From assembly GCA_965216875.1 (NCBI GenBank), contig OZ244207.1, forward strand, positions 2,656,001 through 2,720,000: DNA of 64,000 bases, in the 5' to 3' direction. Below the pieces are notes generated by a model. It was given only the letters and a program-made list of their open reading frames with translations, did no database searches and had not been told where the DNA came from. Below, in pieces: positions 1-10,905 of this stretch; position 1 is the first letter of the stretch, and each line of letters opens with the position of its first letter. The position numbers and the translations under genes were made by a program. Origin of the DNA: Rubripirellula sp. Lineage in GTDB: Bacteria; Planctomycetota; Planctomycetia; Pirellulales; Pirellulaceae.

Positions 1-1
1 A

Positions 2-730
2 CAATTGGGTGGCGTTTATTCAGCAACTTGGCGTATCTCTTCTGTCTACCTTGGCCTCATCTTTGCCACAACAACGAGTTACTTCTATCCAACGATTGCC
101 CGGCTTGGTTCACAGAAGGACATTGGGCTTGAGATTGGCAACACTCTGCGGCTCTTTCAAATTGCAATCTGCCCTTTGATCGTCGTCTTGATCGTCTTTC
201 ACGAGCCCATCATGCGACTCCTCTTGTCAGAGCGATTCCAGCAATCGGGCGAACTCCTCGCCTACCAACTCCCTGGTGACATGTTGCGATTGGCATTCGA
301 TGTTTTTGCGTTGGCGCTACTTGCGCGTGGAAAGGTTCGAGCGTTCATTTCGTGTTATGTCGCCTGGTTTGTTGTTTACATCGCCGCAATCACCACTGCG
401 ATCGAATACTCAAATTGGCTACCATCGTGCAGCATCGCTCATAGCTCGACGTACTTCTGCTTCGGAATCGCATCGTACATCTTGGTTCCTAAGCTCAATG
501 GCTGGTCACTTGGCCTCGCCCCCTACCGAACTTTGGTGCTTGCCTGCTTTCACATTGCGGCAGCAAGCTCAATCTCCGTTTTTGTCGAACCGATGTTCGC
601 AGCCTACTTGCTTGGCGCACTCGTACTGACCAGCTGGCTGTGTATTCACCTTCGCGACCCCATAGCGAGGACACTCATCGACCGCGTCACACGAAAGTTG
701 GTTCTCGCCAAGAATGACAAATATGGCTGA
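2..730 (+). CDS. wzx: Wzx-type oligosaccharide flippase/O-antigen translocase (5'-truncated by window)
   Basis: Multi-TM hydrophobic ORF open from the window edge; G.YSA.WRISS.Y and YFYP motifs typical of MOP/Wzx C-terminal half; polysaccharide cluster context. Confidence 0.7.
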   Translation, partial: QLGGVYSATWRISSVYLGLIFATTTSYFYPTIARLGSQKDIGLEIGNTLRLFQIAICPLIVVLIVFHEPIMRLLLSERFQQSGELLAYQLPGDMLRLAFDVFALALLARGKVRAFISCYVAWFVVYIAAITTAIEYSNWLPSCSIAHSSTYFCFGIASYILVPKLNGWSLGLAPYRTLVLACFHIAAASSISVFVEPMFAAYLLGALVLTSWLCIHLRDPIARTLIDRVTRKLVLAKNDKYG

Positions 731-1625
731 ACAAGTAACAACCTTAGACAGCTTCGTTCGGACGCTGTGCACCAACCGAATGCTTCCGCGCCGCATACGT
801 TCGATCGTTGCGCGCAGACTAATTGGACTGGAACAGGAATGTGGTAGCCGCGATTTCGAAGTCCCCTTCTTTGAAAAGAAGTACTTCGGAAACATCCAAT
901 CGCACATCGACTGGCATGTCTTTTTCTTCGGATGCTACGACCCACTTGGATTAAACCTGCTCCGTCACGTCGCCAACCGAATTGAAGACGCCGTCGCACT
1001 GGATGTGGGTGCGAATGCAGGAAACCATATGCTGTTGCTATCTCAATGCTGCAGCCAAGTGCACTGTTTCGAACCCTACCCAAGAATCCTTCCTCAGCTC
1101 GAGCGAAACATAACGCAGAATCAATTGACGAATGTGTCGCTGCACAAGTTTGGGCTCTCTGATCACACCGCAGTAGCCCAGTACTTTGAAAATGAGGGAC
1201 AGAATCTCGGAGCGGGCTCATTCGAGTCTTCACACACCAACACGAAGGACCAGCCGTCGTTCGAGTTACAAATCTACAATGCTGACGAAGCATTGTCAGA
1301 GATTGGTATCAAACGATTTGATCTAATGAAAATTGATGTCGAGGGACACGAGATTTCGGTATTGCGAGGGATGCGCAAATCGATTGATGCTTCCCGGCCC
1401 GTGATCTTTATGGAGCATGGGCCAACCACGCATAACCACGTCAATTCCGAACAAGAGTTTCGTTCGTTGTTTCCTGAAGACTACAAAATGTATCGTCTGG
1501 CACACCGAAATCGTTGGACACGAGAGAGCCCCTGTTTAATGCCATTTCAATACACAGACAATTGCAACATCTTACTCATCGCGGATGAAAAACGAGCACT
1601 CGCTGAAGAGCTGATCGTTCAATAG
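714..1625 (+). CDS. FkbM-family methyltransferase
   Basis: LDVGANAG, CFEP and MKIDVEGHE motifs. Confidence 0.9.
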   Translation: MTNMAEQVTTLDSFVRTLCTNRMLPRRIRSIVARRLIGLEQECGSRDFEVPFFEKKYFGNIQSHIDWHVFFFGCYDPLGLNLLRHVANRIEDAVALDVGANAGNHMLLLSQCCSQVHCFEPYPRILPQLERNITQNQLTNVSLHKFGLSDHTAVAQYFENEGQNLGAGSFESSHTNTKDQPSFELQIYNADEALSEIGIKRFDLMKIDVEGHEISVLRGMRKSIDASRPVIFMEHGPTTHNHVNSEQEFRSLFPEDYKMYRLAHRNRWTRESPCLMPFQYTDNCNILLIADEKRALAEELIVQ

Positions 1626-2530
1626 TGTCAACTTCCATGCATCACCGAACGACGCCTTCCGAAACCGCCAGTGAGAACACACTCAACGAGCCCAACCCGC
1701 GGGTAGTCGTGAGCCTCGCTTACGTTAGCGTTGCTGCCGTTCTGTTTTTTGTCGTCCTTGCTATTGCATTGGGTCGGTCGGTGACGGAGAAGATTGCGAC
1801 GGAAATGGCCATGCCTCTGGGGTTATTGTGCCTTTTGCTCTTTATGTGCATTGTTCATGCCGCACGTTCACGAAACTGGAAAATGCTCCTGGTTTCGGGA
1901 GTTGGCACACTATTGTTGCTTCTCGCTGGCAACCGAATCGTGGCCAATCGCTTTGTGGGTTCTCTCGAATCACGCTTCGCGTCCGTCGATCCTTTTCAAC
2001 GGTCATTTGACAAAGCTGTTCTGCTAGGCGGAGCAGTTCGCGAAAGCCCTAGTGGGCTACCACAGCTCAATGAAAATGGTGATCGATTGGTGATCGCGGC
2101 GCGAATGTACCACAAGGGCCTCGTTAAAGAACTTTATTGCTCTGGAACGAAGAGCGAGGGAATCTCAAAGGCGATCCTGAGCGAAAGTGAGCTTTCAAGA
2201 CGCATCTTGATCGAGCTGGGCGTCGCCCCCGACGCAATTCACATCATCGAGGGACGCAACACCCAGGAAGAAATGCAGTCGATTCATTCGACCTTCGGAG
2301 ATGAAGAAGTCGGTATCATTACCTCGGCATGGCACTTGCCACGAGTGATGCGTTTGGCGACAAAGATGAACGTTAACGCGATTCCGATCCCTTCCAACTA
2401 CATCGGCGACAATGCGGTGACAGACCTTCCTTTAGCAACAATGATTCGCGATTGTGTGCCGGGGCATAAGGCATTGTCGATCAACTCACGTGCACTGCGC
2501 GAGTACCTTGCGGGGATTGTGGGCCGATGA
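1625..2530 (+). CDS. YdcF/ElyC/SanA (DUF218) membrane protein
   Basis: N-terminal TM helices; VLLGG, GRNTQEE, ITSAWHLPR motifs. Confidence 0.85.
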   Translation: MSTSMHHRTTPSETASENTLNEPNPRVVVSLAYVSVAAVLFFVVLAIALGRSVTEKIATEMAMPLGLLCLLLFMCIVHAARSRNWKMLLVSGVGTLLLLLAGNRIVANRFVGSLESRFASVDPFQRSFDKAVLLGGAVRESPSGLPQLNENGDRLVIAARMYHKGLVKELYCSGTKSEGISKAILSESELSRRILIELGVAPDAIHIIEGRNTQEEMQSIHSTFGDEEVGIITSAWHLPRVMRLATKMNVNAIPIPSNYIGDNAVTDLPLATMIRDCVPGHKALSINSRALREYLAGIVGR

Positions 2531-5112
2531 CCGGATGCCGTATTCTGCATTGCCTTGTATTGATTGTCACCTCGTGCGTGGTGGCCGTCGAGGTGGACGC
2601 GGAGTTCTCGATCGTACGCAATCGCCGCCCCGTTGCACAAGTCTTGGTCTCGGCCCCCGGCGCACATGCCGCTGATCTTCACGCGATAGACGAGGCGATT
2701 GATCTGCTAGTCGACACCGTGAACCGTTCGACCGGTACCACCATTCCTGTTACGGATACGATTCGATCAGGCCGGCGGCGGCCAACGATTCGCTTGATAC
2801 TACAACGCGATACGGCGTCGACACCGCCCGAACAATATGAAATCTCAACATCAAAAACCGATCTGACGATCACCAGTCCGAGTGGACAAGGCATCCGCAA
2901 TGGAATCGCGCGATTGCTGGACCACATCGGCTTTCGTTTCTACGCTCCCTCGCCGAAGTGGCATATCGTCCCGCGTCAGCGCGACCTGAGGGCCGACCTA
3001 AACACCGTTGAGGCGCCGAAACTACGATTTCGGCGCATTTGGTACGCATATGGTGTACCCGGGGATGACCTGCGAGAGCTTTCTAACAATTATCGTCGGT
3101 GGGTGATTGCGAATCGGCTCTCCATTGACAACACCGTCCAGTGCGGGCACAGCTACGGCAATATCATTGGACGTAACCAGGAGGTCTTTCAACAGCACCC
3201 CGATTACTTTGCGTTGTTAGAGGACGGGACACGCGACACTCAACAAGCCATCAACGCTCGCAAGTTCTGCTTCAGTAATCCTGAGTTGGTCAAACTGGTT
3301 TGCGCCGATCGTGTTGCCTTGCTGAAAGAGAACCTTGCCAAGAACCCCGCCTTAACGATGGTCTCGGTTGACCCGTCAGACGGCCCGGGAACGTGCCACT
3401 GCGCAAACTGCGAATCGCTGGGAACAACCACCGATCGGGTCTTTTCGCTCGCGAATGCTGTTGCACGGTCCGTCCGCGAGGTTCATCCCGATGCCCGCGT
3501 CGGATTGTACGCCTACAGCAGCCATCGACTGCCACCGACAATCGATATCGAGCCGAACGTGTATGTCCAGGTTGCAATGGGGTTCAACCGAACGCCATAC
3601 AAATTCACCGAGTTGATCGAGCGCTGGGCCGACAAGGTCACAGCGATCGGCCTTCGTGAGTACTACGGTGTCGAAGCCTGGGATTGGGGATTGCCGGGAC
3701 GGATGCGAGGTGGCGACGCGACCTATCATCGCAAATGGATCCCCTACTACTCAGCGCGGAACCTGGATGCAATCAACGCAGAGACCAATGCAAACTGGGG
3801 CGGTCAAACGATCGGTTTGTACCTTGCCGCCAAATTGATGTGGTCCCCGATGATCGAAACCGAAACAAGTGAAACACAATTCTATGACCAGTGTTTCGGT
3901 GACGCCGCTGAACCCATGCGAGAGTTGTACGCGTTGTTTGATACTCGTCCAGAGTTGAGAAGTCATACCATTGTGCAAATGTACAAACATGTCCTCGCGG
4001 CATGGGAGCTGGAGTCGGACTCAGAAGTTCGCGGTCGAATCCAAGACCTTATGGCTTACTTGGTGTACGTTGCCAAGTTTCGGCAATTTGAATTGATCCG
4101 AGATCAACAAGGCAAACGCAACGATGTGTATTACCAAGCCCTCAAGCCGCTGATGAACTATGCATGGCGAATACGACATCGCGATGTTGTTCATTACTAC
4201 GCACTCGCCAGGCGACTATGCAACGGTTTGCCCTTAGAGGATGAGCGCGAAGATTTTTGGTTTGCTCGGAAAGGCTCCCCACCGGTTTGGCAATACGGCG
4301 ACGACTACAGTGACGCCGAGATTGTTCAGCAGTTTTATGCCACTCTCGAGGCGTTGCTCGACGATGACGATCCGACAATTAGCTATTCGCGACTATTTGA
4401 GCCGCTCGTAGCGCCAGGGGCAGACTCCGGCCCTAGTCGGGTTGCTGGCCAACCAGTCCCCGAGGGCGTCTTTCCAGGCGAAAAAGTTGCTCATGCGAGG
4501 CTGCGAGGCCCCGCGACTGGCTTCCTCTTTGCCTCAGGAAGCGAGACGGTAAAACTCGGTATCAAGCCAACTTCCCGGGAAGTCGCGATCAAGGTTTCCT
4601 CGACGCGCGATGTGCTGTTGGAAAAGGTGCTCGATCAGTCAGACGCGTTCACCGTGGTCGAGATCGACTTACCCGCAGCCAATGAATACCGCGTCGAATT
4701 TCGGGGCGACTTCGAACTAGTGGTTACAGACCAAACACCCTTCCTCGTTGAGGCTTCGCCCGCCAAACCGGTGTTTGTTGACTACAGTGGCCCATTTTAC
4801 TTTTTTGTTCCAAACCAGTGCCAATCGATATACGCCGATGGTGATCCTCGCTTGAGTCTCGATACGAGCAAGGCAACCGGCGAACGAACGGACTTGACTC
4901 GAAACACCCGCTTGCCTGGCAAAGGCTATTCGACCTTCAAAGTCCCCTCAGACTTTTCCGGACGCGTCTGGAGCACTTCACAGCAAACCCGAGGCAAAGT
5001 TTCCTTGTGGAACATTCCGCCACTGTTGAGTTTGCATCGAAACACGTTGCTCCGACCTCGCGAAGTTCCAAACGCAAACGAAACTCGACGCATTGAGAAT
5101 CGCGTTCCGTGA
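2527..5112 (+). CDS. Exported DUF4838-like (glycoside-hydrolase-like) protein
   Basis: Signal peptide; GH20-like N-terminal domain (EQYEI...LTI); HPDYFAL, FCFSNP, DG...CHC..C, GLYAY...PP motifs. Confidence 0.65.
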   Translation: MTGCRILHCLVLIVTSCVVAVEVDAEFSIVRNRRPVAQVLVSAPGAHAADLHAIDEAIDLLVDTVNRSTGTTIPVTDTIRSGRRRPTIRLILQRDTASTPPEQYEISTSKTDLTITSPSGQGIRNGIARLLDHIGFRFYAPSPKWHIVPRQRDLRADLNTVEAPKLRFRRIWYAYGVPGDDLRELSNNYRRWVIANRLSIDNTVQCGHSYGNIIGRNQEVFQQHPDYFALLEDGTRDTQQAINARKFCFSNPELVKLVCADRVALLKENLAKNPALTMVSVDPSDGPGTCHCANCESLGTTTDRVFSLANAVARSVREVHPDARVGLYAYSSHRLPPTIDIEPNVYVQVAMGFNRTPYKFTELIERWADKVTAIGLREYYGVEAWDWGLPGRMRGGDATYHRKWIPYYSARNLDAINAETNANWGGQTIGLYLAAKLMWSPMIETETSETQFYDQCFGDAAEPMRELYALFDTRPELRSHTIVQMYKHVLAAWELESDSEVRGRIQDLMAYLVYVAKFRQFELIRDQQGKRNDVYYQALKPLMNYAWRIRHRDVVHYYALARRLCNGLPLEDEREDFWFARKGSPPVWQYGDDYSDAEIVQQFYATLEALLDDDDPTISYSRLFEPLVAPGADSGPSRVAGQPVPEGVFPGEKVAHARLRGPATGFLFASGSETVKLGIKPTSREVAIKVSSTRDVLLEKVLDQSDAFTVVEIDLPAANEYRVEFRGDFELVVTDQTPFLVEASPAKPVFVDYSGPFYFFVPNQCQSIYADGDPRLSLDTSKATGERTDLTRNTRLPGKGYSTFKVPSDFSGRVWSTSQQTRGKVSLWNIPPLLSLHRNTLLRPREVPNANETRRIENRVP

Positions 5113-6290
5113 AAATCCTCTACATCGCATCTGGCTCCATTCACGAGCCGTTGATCGAAAGCCAAGTGCTACGGTACTTGGAAAAAAACGCGCAGCGTGG
5201 ATGTGCATTCGATTTGATCACCTTCGAGCGCCAACCCACCGGACGAGAACGCGCAGAACGGCTTTCGGCGAGACTAGAAGCGCAATCCATCAATTGGATG
5301 CCGCGAGCGGTCACCAAGGGCCGGCGCAGCCTCGGAATGATTCGCGACATCCGCGAAACCGCGGCTTGGCTTGGCTCTCAATTGCCCATCCAAGACTACG
5401 ATCTCGTGCATTGCCGTAGCTTCTTGCCGGGAAACATTGGCCGTCTACTCAAGAAGCGCTACGGCCTGCCGTTACTCTATGACATGCGTGGGTTTTGGGC
5501 GCGCGAGAAATTTGCTTACGGCCACATTCGATTGCCAGCGGCGAAGTGGTTTGCCCAAAAACTGGAAGATCGCGTCGTCGGAGCGGCCGACCACCTTGTG
5601 TCCCTTACCGATGCGGGGATAGCGTTTTTGCGCTCACAGTCAATCCAACAACCGATCACGTGCATCCCCTGCTGTGTTGATCTTGAGGCGTTTGTTCCAC
5701 TTGGGAAGACCAGCGATGGTGATGGCTTGAAGCTTGTGTCGGTGGGTAGTTTGGGGCGTGGCTACCGTTGTGATGCCGTGCTTCAAATCGCGGCCGCCGT
5801 TGCGAAGCTGCGACCTGGCACCACAATCGATTTGATTTCGCGGACCGACCCACGCGTGGTGGAGGAAACTGCGAAACGACTAGGAATCGATTCGTCACTT
5901 TATAAGCTTCACGCGTTGCCTCACGAAGAGGTTGCCCCTGCAATCGCCAAAGCGGATGCAGGGGTATGCATGGTTGCCGTCAGCGAAGCGAAAATCGCTT
6001 CCTGCCCGACCAAACTTGGCGAATATCTCGCTTGTGGATTACCCGTCATCGCAAACATACCCATTGGCGATGTCGAAGCGACCCTCAAACAAAGCAAGAC
6101 AGGCGTTACGGTAGAATTGGACCGAGACGATCTGGACACATCCGCAATGCAACTATGCGAGTTGATCGAGGACCGAGATGTGGGAACACGTGCCAGAGAA
6201 ACAGCCGAGAGAACTTTCAGTGTCGCCGATGGCGCGGCCAAGTACTTTGAAATCTATCAATCCATGACGAAGCACGATTCTCGTTTGTAG
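5109..6290 (+). CDS. GT4 glycosyltransferase
   Basis: YDMRG, PTKLGEYLACGLPVI motif. Confidence 0.9.
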   Translation: MKILYIASGSIHEPLIESQVLRYLEKNAQRGCAFDLITFERQPTGRERAERLSARLEAQSINWMPRAVTKGRRSLGMIRDIRETAAWLGSQLPIQDYDLVHCRSFLPGNIGRLLKKRYGLPLLYDMRGFWAREKFAYGHIRLPAAKWFAQKLEDRVVGAADHLVSLTDAGIAFLRSQSIQQPITCIPCCVDLEAFVPLGKTSDGDGLKLVSVGSLGRGYRCDAVLQIAAAVAKLRPGTTIDLISRTDPRVVEETAKRLGIDSSLYKLHALPHEEVAPAIAKADAGVCMVAVSEAKIASCPTKLGEYLACGLPVIANIPIGDVEATLKQSKTGVTVELDRDDLDTSAMQLCELIEDRDVGTRARETAERTFSVADGAAKYFEIYQSMTKHDSRL

Positions 6291-6310
6291 CTACCGTCGC
6301 CCGACGGTGG
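6287..6310 (+). repeat. GTAG-type REP-like palindrome (single copy in window)
   Basis: GTAGCT-ACCGTCG-CC-CGACGGT-GG; its TAG is the stop codon of the upstream gene. Confidence 0.45.
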
Positions 6311-6407
6311 AGTCCGTCAACCTGCCTTCTCCGTCGTGGCCTTGCTTTGTCGAGCCTGACTGCGATGTAATCGACTCTTCTACTGGTTAACCACCTTTGC
6401 AAATACG

Positions 6408-7547
6408 ATGTCTGATTTGAAACCGATCCAAGTCCTTTCACCCAAGTTTGAAGTTGACGAGTGCCTCGCTGAAATCCGCCAATGCCTCGAAAAAGGTTGG
6501 ACGGGCATGGGATTCAAGACCGTCGAGCTTGAACAGGAATGGTGCAACTACACAGGGCATGCGCATGCGCACTACCTGAACTCAAACACCTCCGGGCTCG
6601 AGCTCGCTTTGCGAATTCTCGCCGACACCGAGGGCTGGGATGAGGGCGACGAAGTGATTAGCACGCCCTTCACTTTCGTATCAACCAACCATGCGATTCT
6701 GCATCAGCGCTTGACGCCTGTTCTAGCAGACATCGACGAGTACCTTTGCCTTGATCCGGAGGCCGTTCGATCGCGCATCACGCCAAAGACCAAAGCGATC
6801 ATGTACGTCGGTCACGGCGGCAACACTGGAAAGTACGAAGAGATTCGCGAGATCGCACAGGAAGCTGGGGTCAAACTGATTCTCGACGCAGCACACATGG
6901 CAGGAACGCGTTGGAACGGCGCACACGTGGGTCCCGAATCCGAAGTCGCGATCTACAGCTTTCAAGCCGTCAAGAACTTGCCTACCGCCGACTCGGGGAT
7001 GATCTGTTTTCAAGACGAGGCACTCGATGCTGCAGCCAGAAAATACAGCTGGCTGGGGATCGACAAAGACACCTTCAGCCGCACAAGTAAACAGGGCAGC
7101 TATAAGTGGCACTATGACGTGGATGTTCCCGGATTCAAATTCCATGGAAACTCGGTCGTTGCCAGTCTTGGATTAGTCGCACTGAGATATCTCGATCGCG
7201 ACAACGCCTATCGGCGCGAGCTGGCTGACCTTTACGCCAACGGCTTGAAAGACATTGACGACATGAGCATTGTTCCGACTTCGCCCGATTGTGTCCCTTC
7301 ACGACACCTGTTCCAGATTCGTTCGAAGCAACGGAACAAAATCTACGAACATCTGGTCAACCAACAGATTTTTGCTGGCGTTCATTACCGGAACAACTGC
7401 GAGTACGCAATGTATGCGGACCAAATGCAGTTCTGCCCCAATGCCCAGGCAGCAAGTGAAGAGATCCTTTCTCTGCCGCTCCATCTCAACTTGACTCACA
7501 ACGATGTTTCCCGTGTGATCGCCGCCGTCAAAGAGGCGGTCGCGTGA
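6408..7547 (+). CDS. DegT/DnrJ/EryC1/StrS sugar aminotransferase
   Basis: GDEVI.TPFTF.ST, LDAAH, SFQAVKNL (PLP Lys), ILSLPLH. Confidence 0.92.
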   Translation: MSDLKPIQVLSPKFEVDECLAEIRQCLEKGWTGMGFKTVELEQEWCNYTGHAHAHYLNSNTSGLELALRILADTEGWDEGDEVISTPFTFVSTNHAILHQRLTPVLADIDEYLCLDPEAVRSRITPKTKAIMYVGHGGNTGKYEEIREIAQEAGVKLILDAAHMAGTRWNGAHVGPESEVAIYSFQAVKNLPTADSGMICFQDEALDAAARKYSWLGIDKDTFSRTSKQGSYKWHYDVDVPGFKFHGNSVVASLGLVALRYLDRDNAYRRELADLYANGLKDIDDMSIVPTSPDCVPSRHLFQIRSKQRNKIYEHLVNQQIFAGVHYRNNCEYAMYADQMQFCPNAQAASEEILSLPLHLNLTHNDVSRVIAAVKEAVA

Positions 7548-8074
7548 GTGATAAGCTCGAATCATTAGTCGTAGGCGACGTTCGCATCCGCGCTCTGCAC
7601 GAATCGGATCTGGACATGACGCGTGCTTGGCGCAATCACCCGGAAACTCGAAAGCATTTCTTCTATTGCGAAGAGGTTTCGCAGGAACAACATCGAGCAT
7701 GGTTCGAGCAATATCGACAAAAGAATGACGACTACGTCTTCATTGTTGAATTTGGCGATCCATGGATGCCCGTTGCCCAGACTGCAATCTACAAAGTCGA
7801 CCCCAAAAGCCGGTCCGCGGAATTCGGGCGTTTTATCGTAGACCAAGGTCAACGCGGCCGCGGCCTCGGCCGCAGATCATTGCACGCAACATGCAAAATC
7901 GCGTTCGGTTCGCTCCGACTCGCGCGGCTGACTCTTGAAGTAAAGCCTGATAATGAAGCTGCGATTCGAAGTTACCAAAAAGCAGGGTTCGCGAGGCTCG
8001 CTGAAGACGAGCGGAGCATTCAAATGGAACTCACGTGCCAAGATTGGCAAAAGACATGCGAGTCCTTTTCCTAA
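7544..8074 (+). CDS. GNAT acetyltransferase (PseH/RimJ-like)
   Basis: WRNHPE, QRGRGLG acetyl-CoA loop, N.AAI..Y.KAGF. Confidence 0.85.
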   Translation: MSDKLESLVVGDVRIRALHESDLDMTRAWRNHPETRKHFFYCEEVSQEQHRAWFEQYRQKNDDYVFIVEFGDPWMPVAQTAIYKVDPKSRSAEFGRFIVDQGQRGRGLGRRSLHATCKIAFGSLRLARLTLEVKPDNEAAIRSYQKAGFARLAEDERSIQMELTCQDWQKTCESFS

Positions 8075-9183
8075 CCAAATACCCGCCCAGCCAAGCGAGC
8101 AGTCGGTATTGCGTCTATCAATACCTACCGTACTTTCGCTCCCAAGGTCTTGAGTGCGAAGCGTCTCCTTTTTACGACGACGACGCTTTTGCGAAGATCT
8201 TTCGGGGCGCGAGTCTGTTGGCAAGATGCATCGCGTTTGTTCGATGCTTGGTGATTCGCCTTCTCTGGCTCGTCAAGCTCGGGCGGTTTGACCTGGTCGT
8301 TGCGCACCGTGAATGCGTGCCGGTCGGGCCCATTCTTTTCGAACGTCTGATCAAGCTCCGTCGCACGAAGTTTGTTTTCATCTACGACGACGCTCTCTTC
8401 GTCTACAAACGAAGTTCGAAGAGCCGTCTGTACGATCTGTTCAAGTCGCCTCGCAAGTTTTTCACGATTTTCAAGCTCGCCGACTTGGTCATCGGAGCAA
8501 ACGAGTATCTGGCTCAAGTGCCTCGTGAACGGGGTGCCAACGCTCGTGAGCTACGAATTGGTGAGGACCTTCAGCGGTACACCGACCGAAACGACAATCG
8601 GACACAGAGCGAGCCTCACACGATCACACTTGGCTGGATTGGTTCTCCCTCAACCGAAAAGTACCTCAAGCTGATTGCCGAACCGCTCGATTCACTTGCA
8701 AAGCGGTTCCCAAACACAGAGTTAATGATTGTTGGAGGCGGGAGCTTCAAACTCGATCGCATGCCGGTGCATCACCACCCGTGGTCACAAGAGACGGAAG
8801 TGTCCAACTTGCACAAAATGGATATTGGATTGATGCCGCTTCCGGATGAGCAATGGTCGCTTGGCAAGTCGGGGGGCAAGGCGCGACTCTACATGGCTGT
8901 AGGGATTGTACCGGTTGCGACGGATATCGGATTCAATCGCGACCTCATCGATGACTACGAGACGGGGCGTTTGATCGAGAACATTGACGATTGGGAGGAG
9001 TCGCTTGCGGAACTAATCGACAATTGCGAGCTTCGTCACTCGCTTTCGAAGGGAGCGCGAGCAAAAATAGAAGCTCGCTACTCAGTGACAGTGACCGGCA
9101 AACAATATCTAGAGATGTTGCACGAAACCGCCGGGATAGCTTTGCCCCATGAAGATCGCGTCACGGACACGGTTGCCCGCTAA
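8056..9183 (+). CDS. GT4 glycosyltransferase
   Basis: ASSRY, YDDA, GWIGS.ST, DIGLMPL...GKSG.K...YMA.G. Confidence 0.9.
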   Translation: MRVLFLTKYPPSQASSRYCVYQYLPYFRSQGLECEASPFYDDDAFAKIFRGASLLARCIAFVRCLVIRLLWLVKLGRFDLVVAHRECVPVGPILFERLIKLRRTKFVFIYDDALFVYKRSSKSRLYDLFKSPRKFFTIFKLADLVIGANEYLAQVPRERGANARELRIGEDLQRYTDRNDNRTQSEPHTITLGWIGSPSTEKYLKLIAEPLDSLAKRFPNTELMIVGGGSFKLDRMPVHHHPWSQETEVSNLHKMDIGLMPLPDEQWSLGKSGGKARLYMAVGIVPVATDIGFNRDLIDDYETGRLIENIDDWEESLAELIDNCELRHSLSKGARAKIEARYSVTVTGKQYLEMLHETAGIALPHEDRVTDTVAR

Positions 9184-9186
9184 CGA

Positions 9187-9765
9187 ATGAATATCGAAAC
9201 AACGCCCATTCAAGACGTTCTGCTGATCGTCCCCCCGGTCTATGAAGATTCCCGTGGGTTCTTCCAAGAGCTCTACCACAAGGAACGTTACGCCGAAGCG
9301 GGCTTCGACGTCGATTTTGTTCAGGACAATTTCTCGCGTTCCAACCGTGGTGTCCTGCGTGGACTTCATTTTCAAACCGAAAAACCACAGGGCAAGCTGG
9401 TCCAGGTGCTGCGCGGCACACTACTCGATGTGGTGGTCGACATCCGACAGGACTCACCAACGTTTGGCAAATGGCACAGCTGGGAGCTCTCCGAGCACAA
9501 TCACCATCAGCTGTGGGTCCCGCCGGGTCTTGCCCATGGATTCCTCGCCCTCGAAGACGCTTGCGACCTACTCTACAAGTGCACCGAGCTCTACCAGGCA
9601 AACGATCAAAACACCCTGGCTTGGGATGACAAGACGGTAGGAGTCGATTGGCCGATCGACAAGCCCATCCTTTCTGGAAAGGACCTCGAGGGCGTCAGTT
9701 TCGACGCTGCGGTTCGTGCGGCACAACGCCCCCTTCACGATGGCCGACTCCGAACGGCCAAATAG
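9187..9765 (+). CDS. rfbC: dTDP-4-dehydrorhamnose 3,5-epimerase
   Basis: DSRGFF.E, FVQDN.S.S..GVLRGLHFQ, QGKLV, AHGF, YKCT. Confidence 0.95.
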   Translation: MNIETTPIQDVLLIVPPVYEDSRGFFQELYHKERYAEAGFDVDFVQDNFSRSNRGVLRGLHFQTEKPQGKLVQVLRGTLLDVVVDIRQDSPTFGKWHSWELSEHNHHQLWVPPGLAHGFLALEDACDLLYKCTELYQANDQNTLAWDDKTVGVDWPIDKPILSGKDLEGVSFDAAVRAAQRPLHDGRLRTAK

Positions 9766-9768
9766 CTC

Positions 9769-10905
9769 GTGACTGTCGAGAAAGACGCGTCTACTGAGAG
9801 CAAAGTGCGGCGAAGTGTGATCTTTGTCCACGGCTCACTCGGAATGGGCGGCGCCGAAGTGTTGCGGTTGTCGGTCCTCGAGGAATTGCGTGACCGACCT
9901 GAAATCTCGATACGCGTTTGCGTGTTGCGAGACCGCGGCGTTCTTGCGGACCAAGTCGAAGCTTTGGGTGTGCCCCTTGACGTCTTAGGCAATCGAGGTG
10001 GCCTGCTCGACATTCGAGGCATCTTTCGGCTCTCCCATTACCTGAGAACGCATCGTCCCAATGTGGTGCAATCGAGTCAGTTCTTGACCAACCTTCACAC
10101 TCGGCTTGCGTGTTGGTTCGCGCGCGGGGCCAAAGGCATCATCGAAGAGCATGGCATCTACAACTGGAAGAAGTGGCACCATCGATTACTTGATCGTACC
10201 GTCAATCGCCGAGCGGATGCGGTCATCGCCTGCTCTGAAACCGTTGCCAAGTCTGCCGCCAACCACCTAGCGCGCGATCTGTCGACGATCACCGTGATCC
10301 ACAATTGTGCTTCCAGCGAGCATTTCTCGGAGATCGAAAACGGGAGTCCCCGTAACGACGAAAGTTTTGTTGTGTGCGCAGTTGGAACGCTGCGATGGGA
10401 AAAAGGCTACGAGTTCCTGCTCGAAGCATGGCGTACGCTGCAAAGGGATGATCGCCTGCCCAAGCATGCCCGTCTTCAGATTGTTGGAACTGGCCCGCTT
10501 GAAAACGAACTCAAGAAAATGGCCCAGGACTCCGCCGGTGTCGAGTTTTTGGGACGCCGCGAAGACACTACAAGGCTGCTACGTGACGCCGATCTGTTTG
10601 TCCTCCCTTCGGTGAATGAGGGCTTTGGGATCGCGATTGTCGAAGCCATGTGCGCCGGATTGCCGATCGTCTCGACCACAAGCGGCGGCATTCCCGAAGT
10701 CGTTGATTCTGGTCGCACAGGGGTCTTGGTTCCGCCCAAGAATGCTGACGCGCTGGCTGATGCCATCGCTGAGCTGGCCAATGATCCGAAGAGACGCGCG
10801 CGACTTGGAGCGGCTGCGCGCACGGAAGCAACAGAGCGTTTTACTTCCGCCCGTTACTGTGACCAGCTAATGCGACTGTACGACCAAATCGAGGCTGCAA
10901 CATGA
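9769..10905 (+). CDS. GT4 glycosyltransferase
   Basis: GGAE, FVLPSVNEGFGIAIVEAMCAGLP. Confidence 0.92.
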   Translation: MTVEKDASTESKVRRSVIFVHGSLGMGGAEVLRLSVLEELRDRPEISIRVCVLRDRGVLADQVEALGVPLDVLGNRGGLLDIRGIFRLSHYLRTHRPNVVQSSQFLTNLHTRLACWFARGAKGIIEEHGIYNWKKWHHRLLDRTVNRRADAVIACSETVAKSAANHLARDLSTITVIHNCASSEHFSEIENGSPRNDESFVVCAVGTLRWEKGYEFLLEAWRTLQRDDRLPKHARLQIVGTGPLENELKKMAQDSAGVEFLGRREDTTRLLRDADLFVLPSVNEGFGIAIVEAMCAGLPIVSTTSGGIPEVVDSGRTGVLVPPKNADALADAIAELANDPKRRARLGAAARTEATERFTSARYCDQLMRLYDQIEAAT

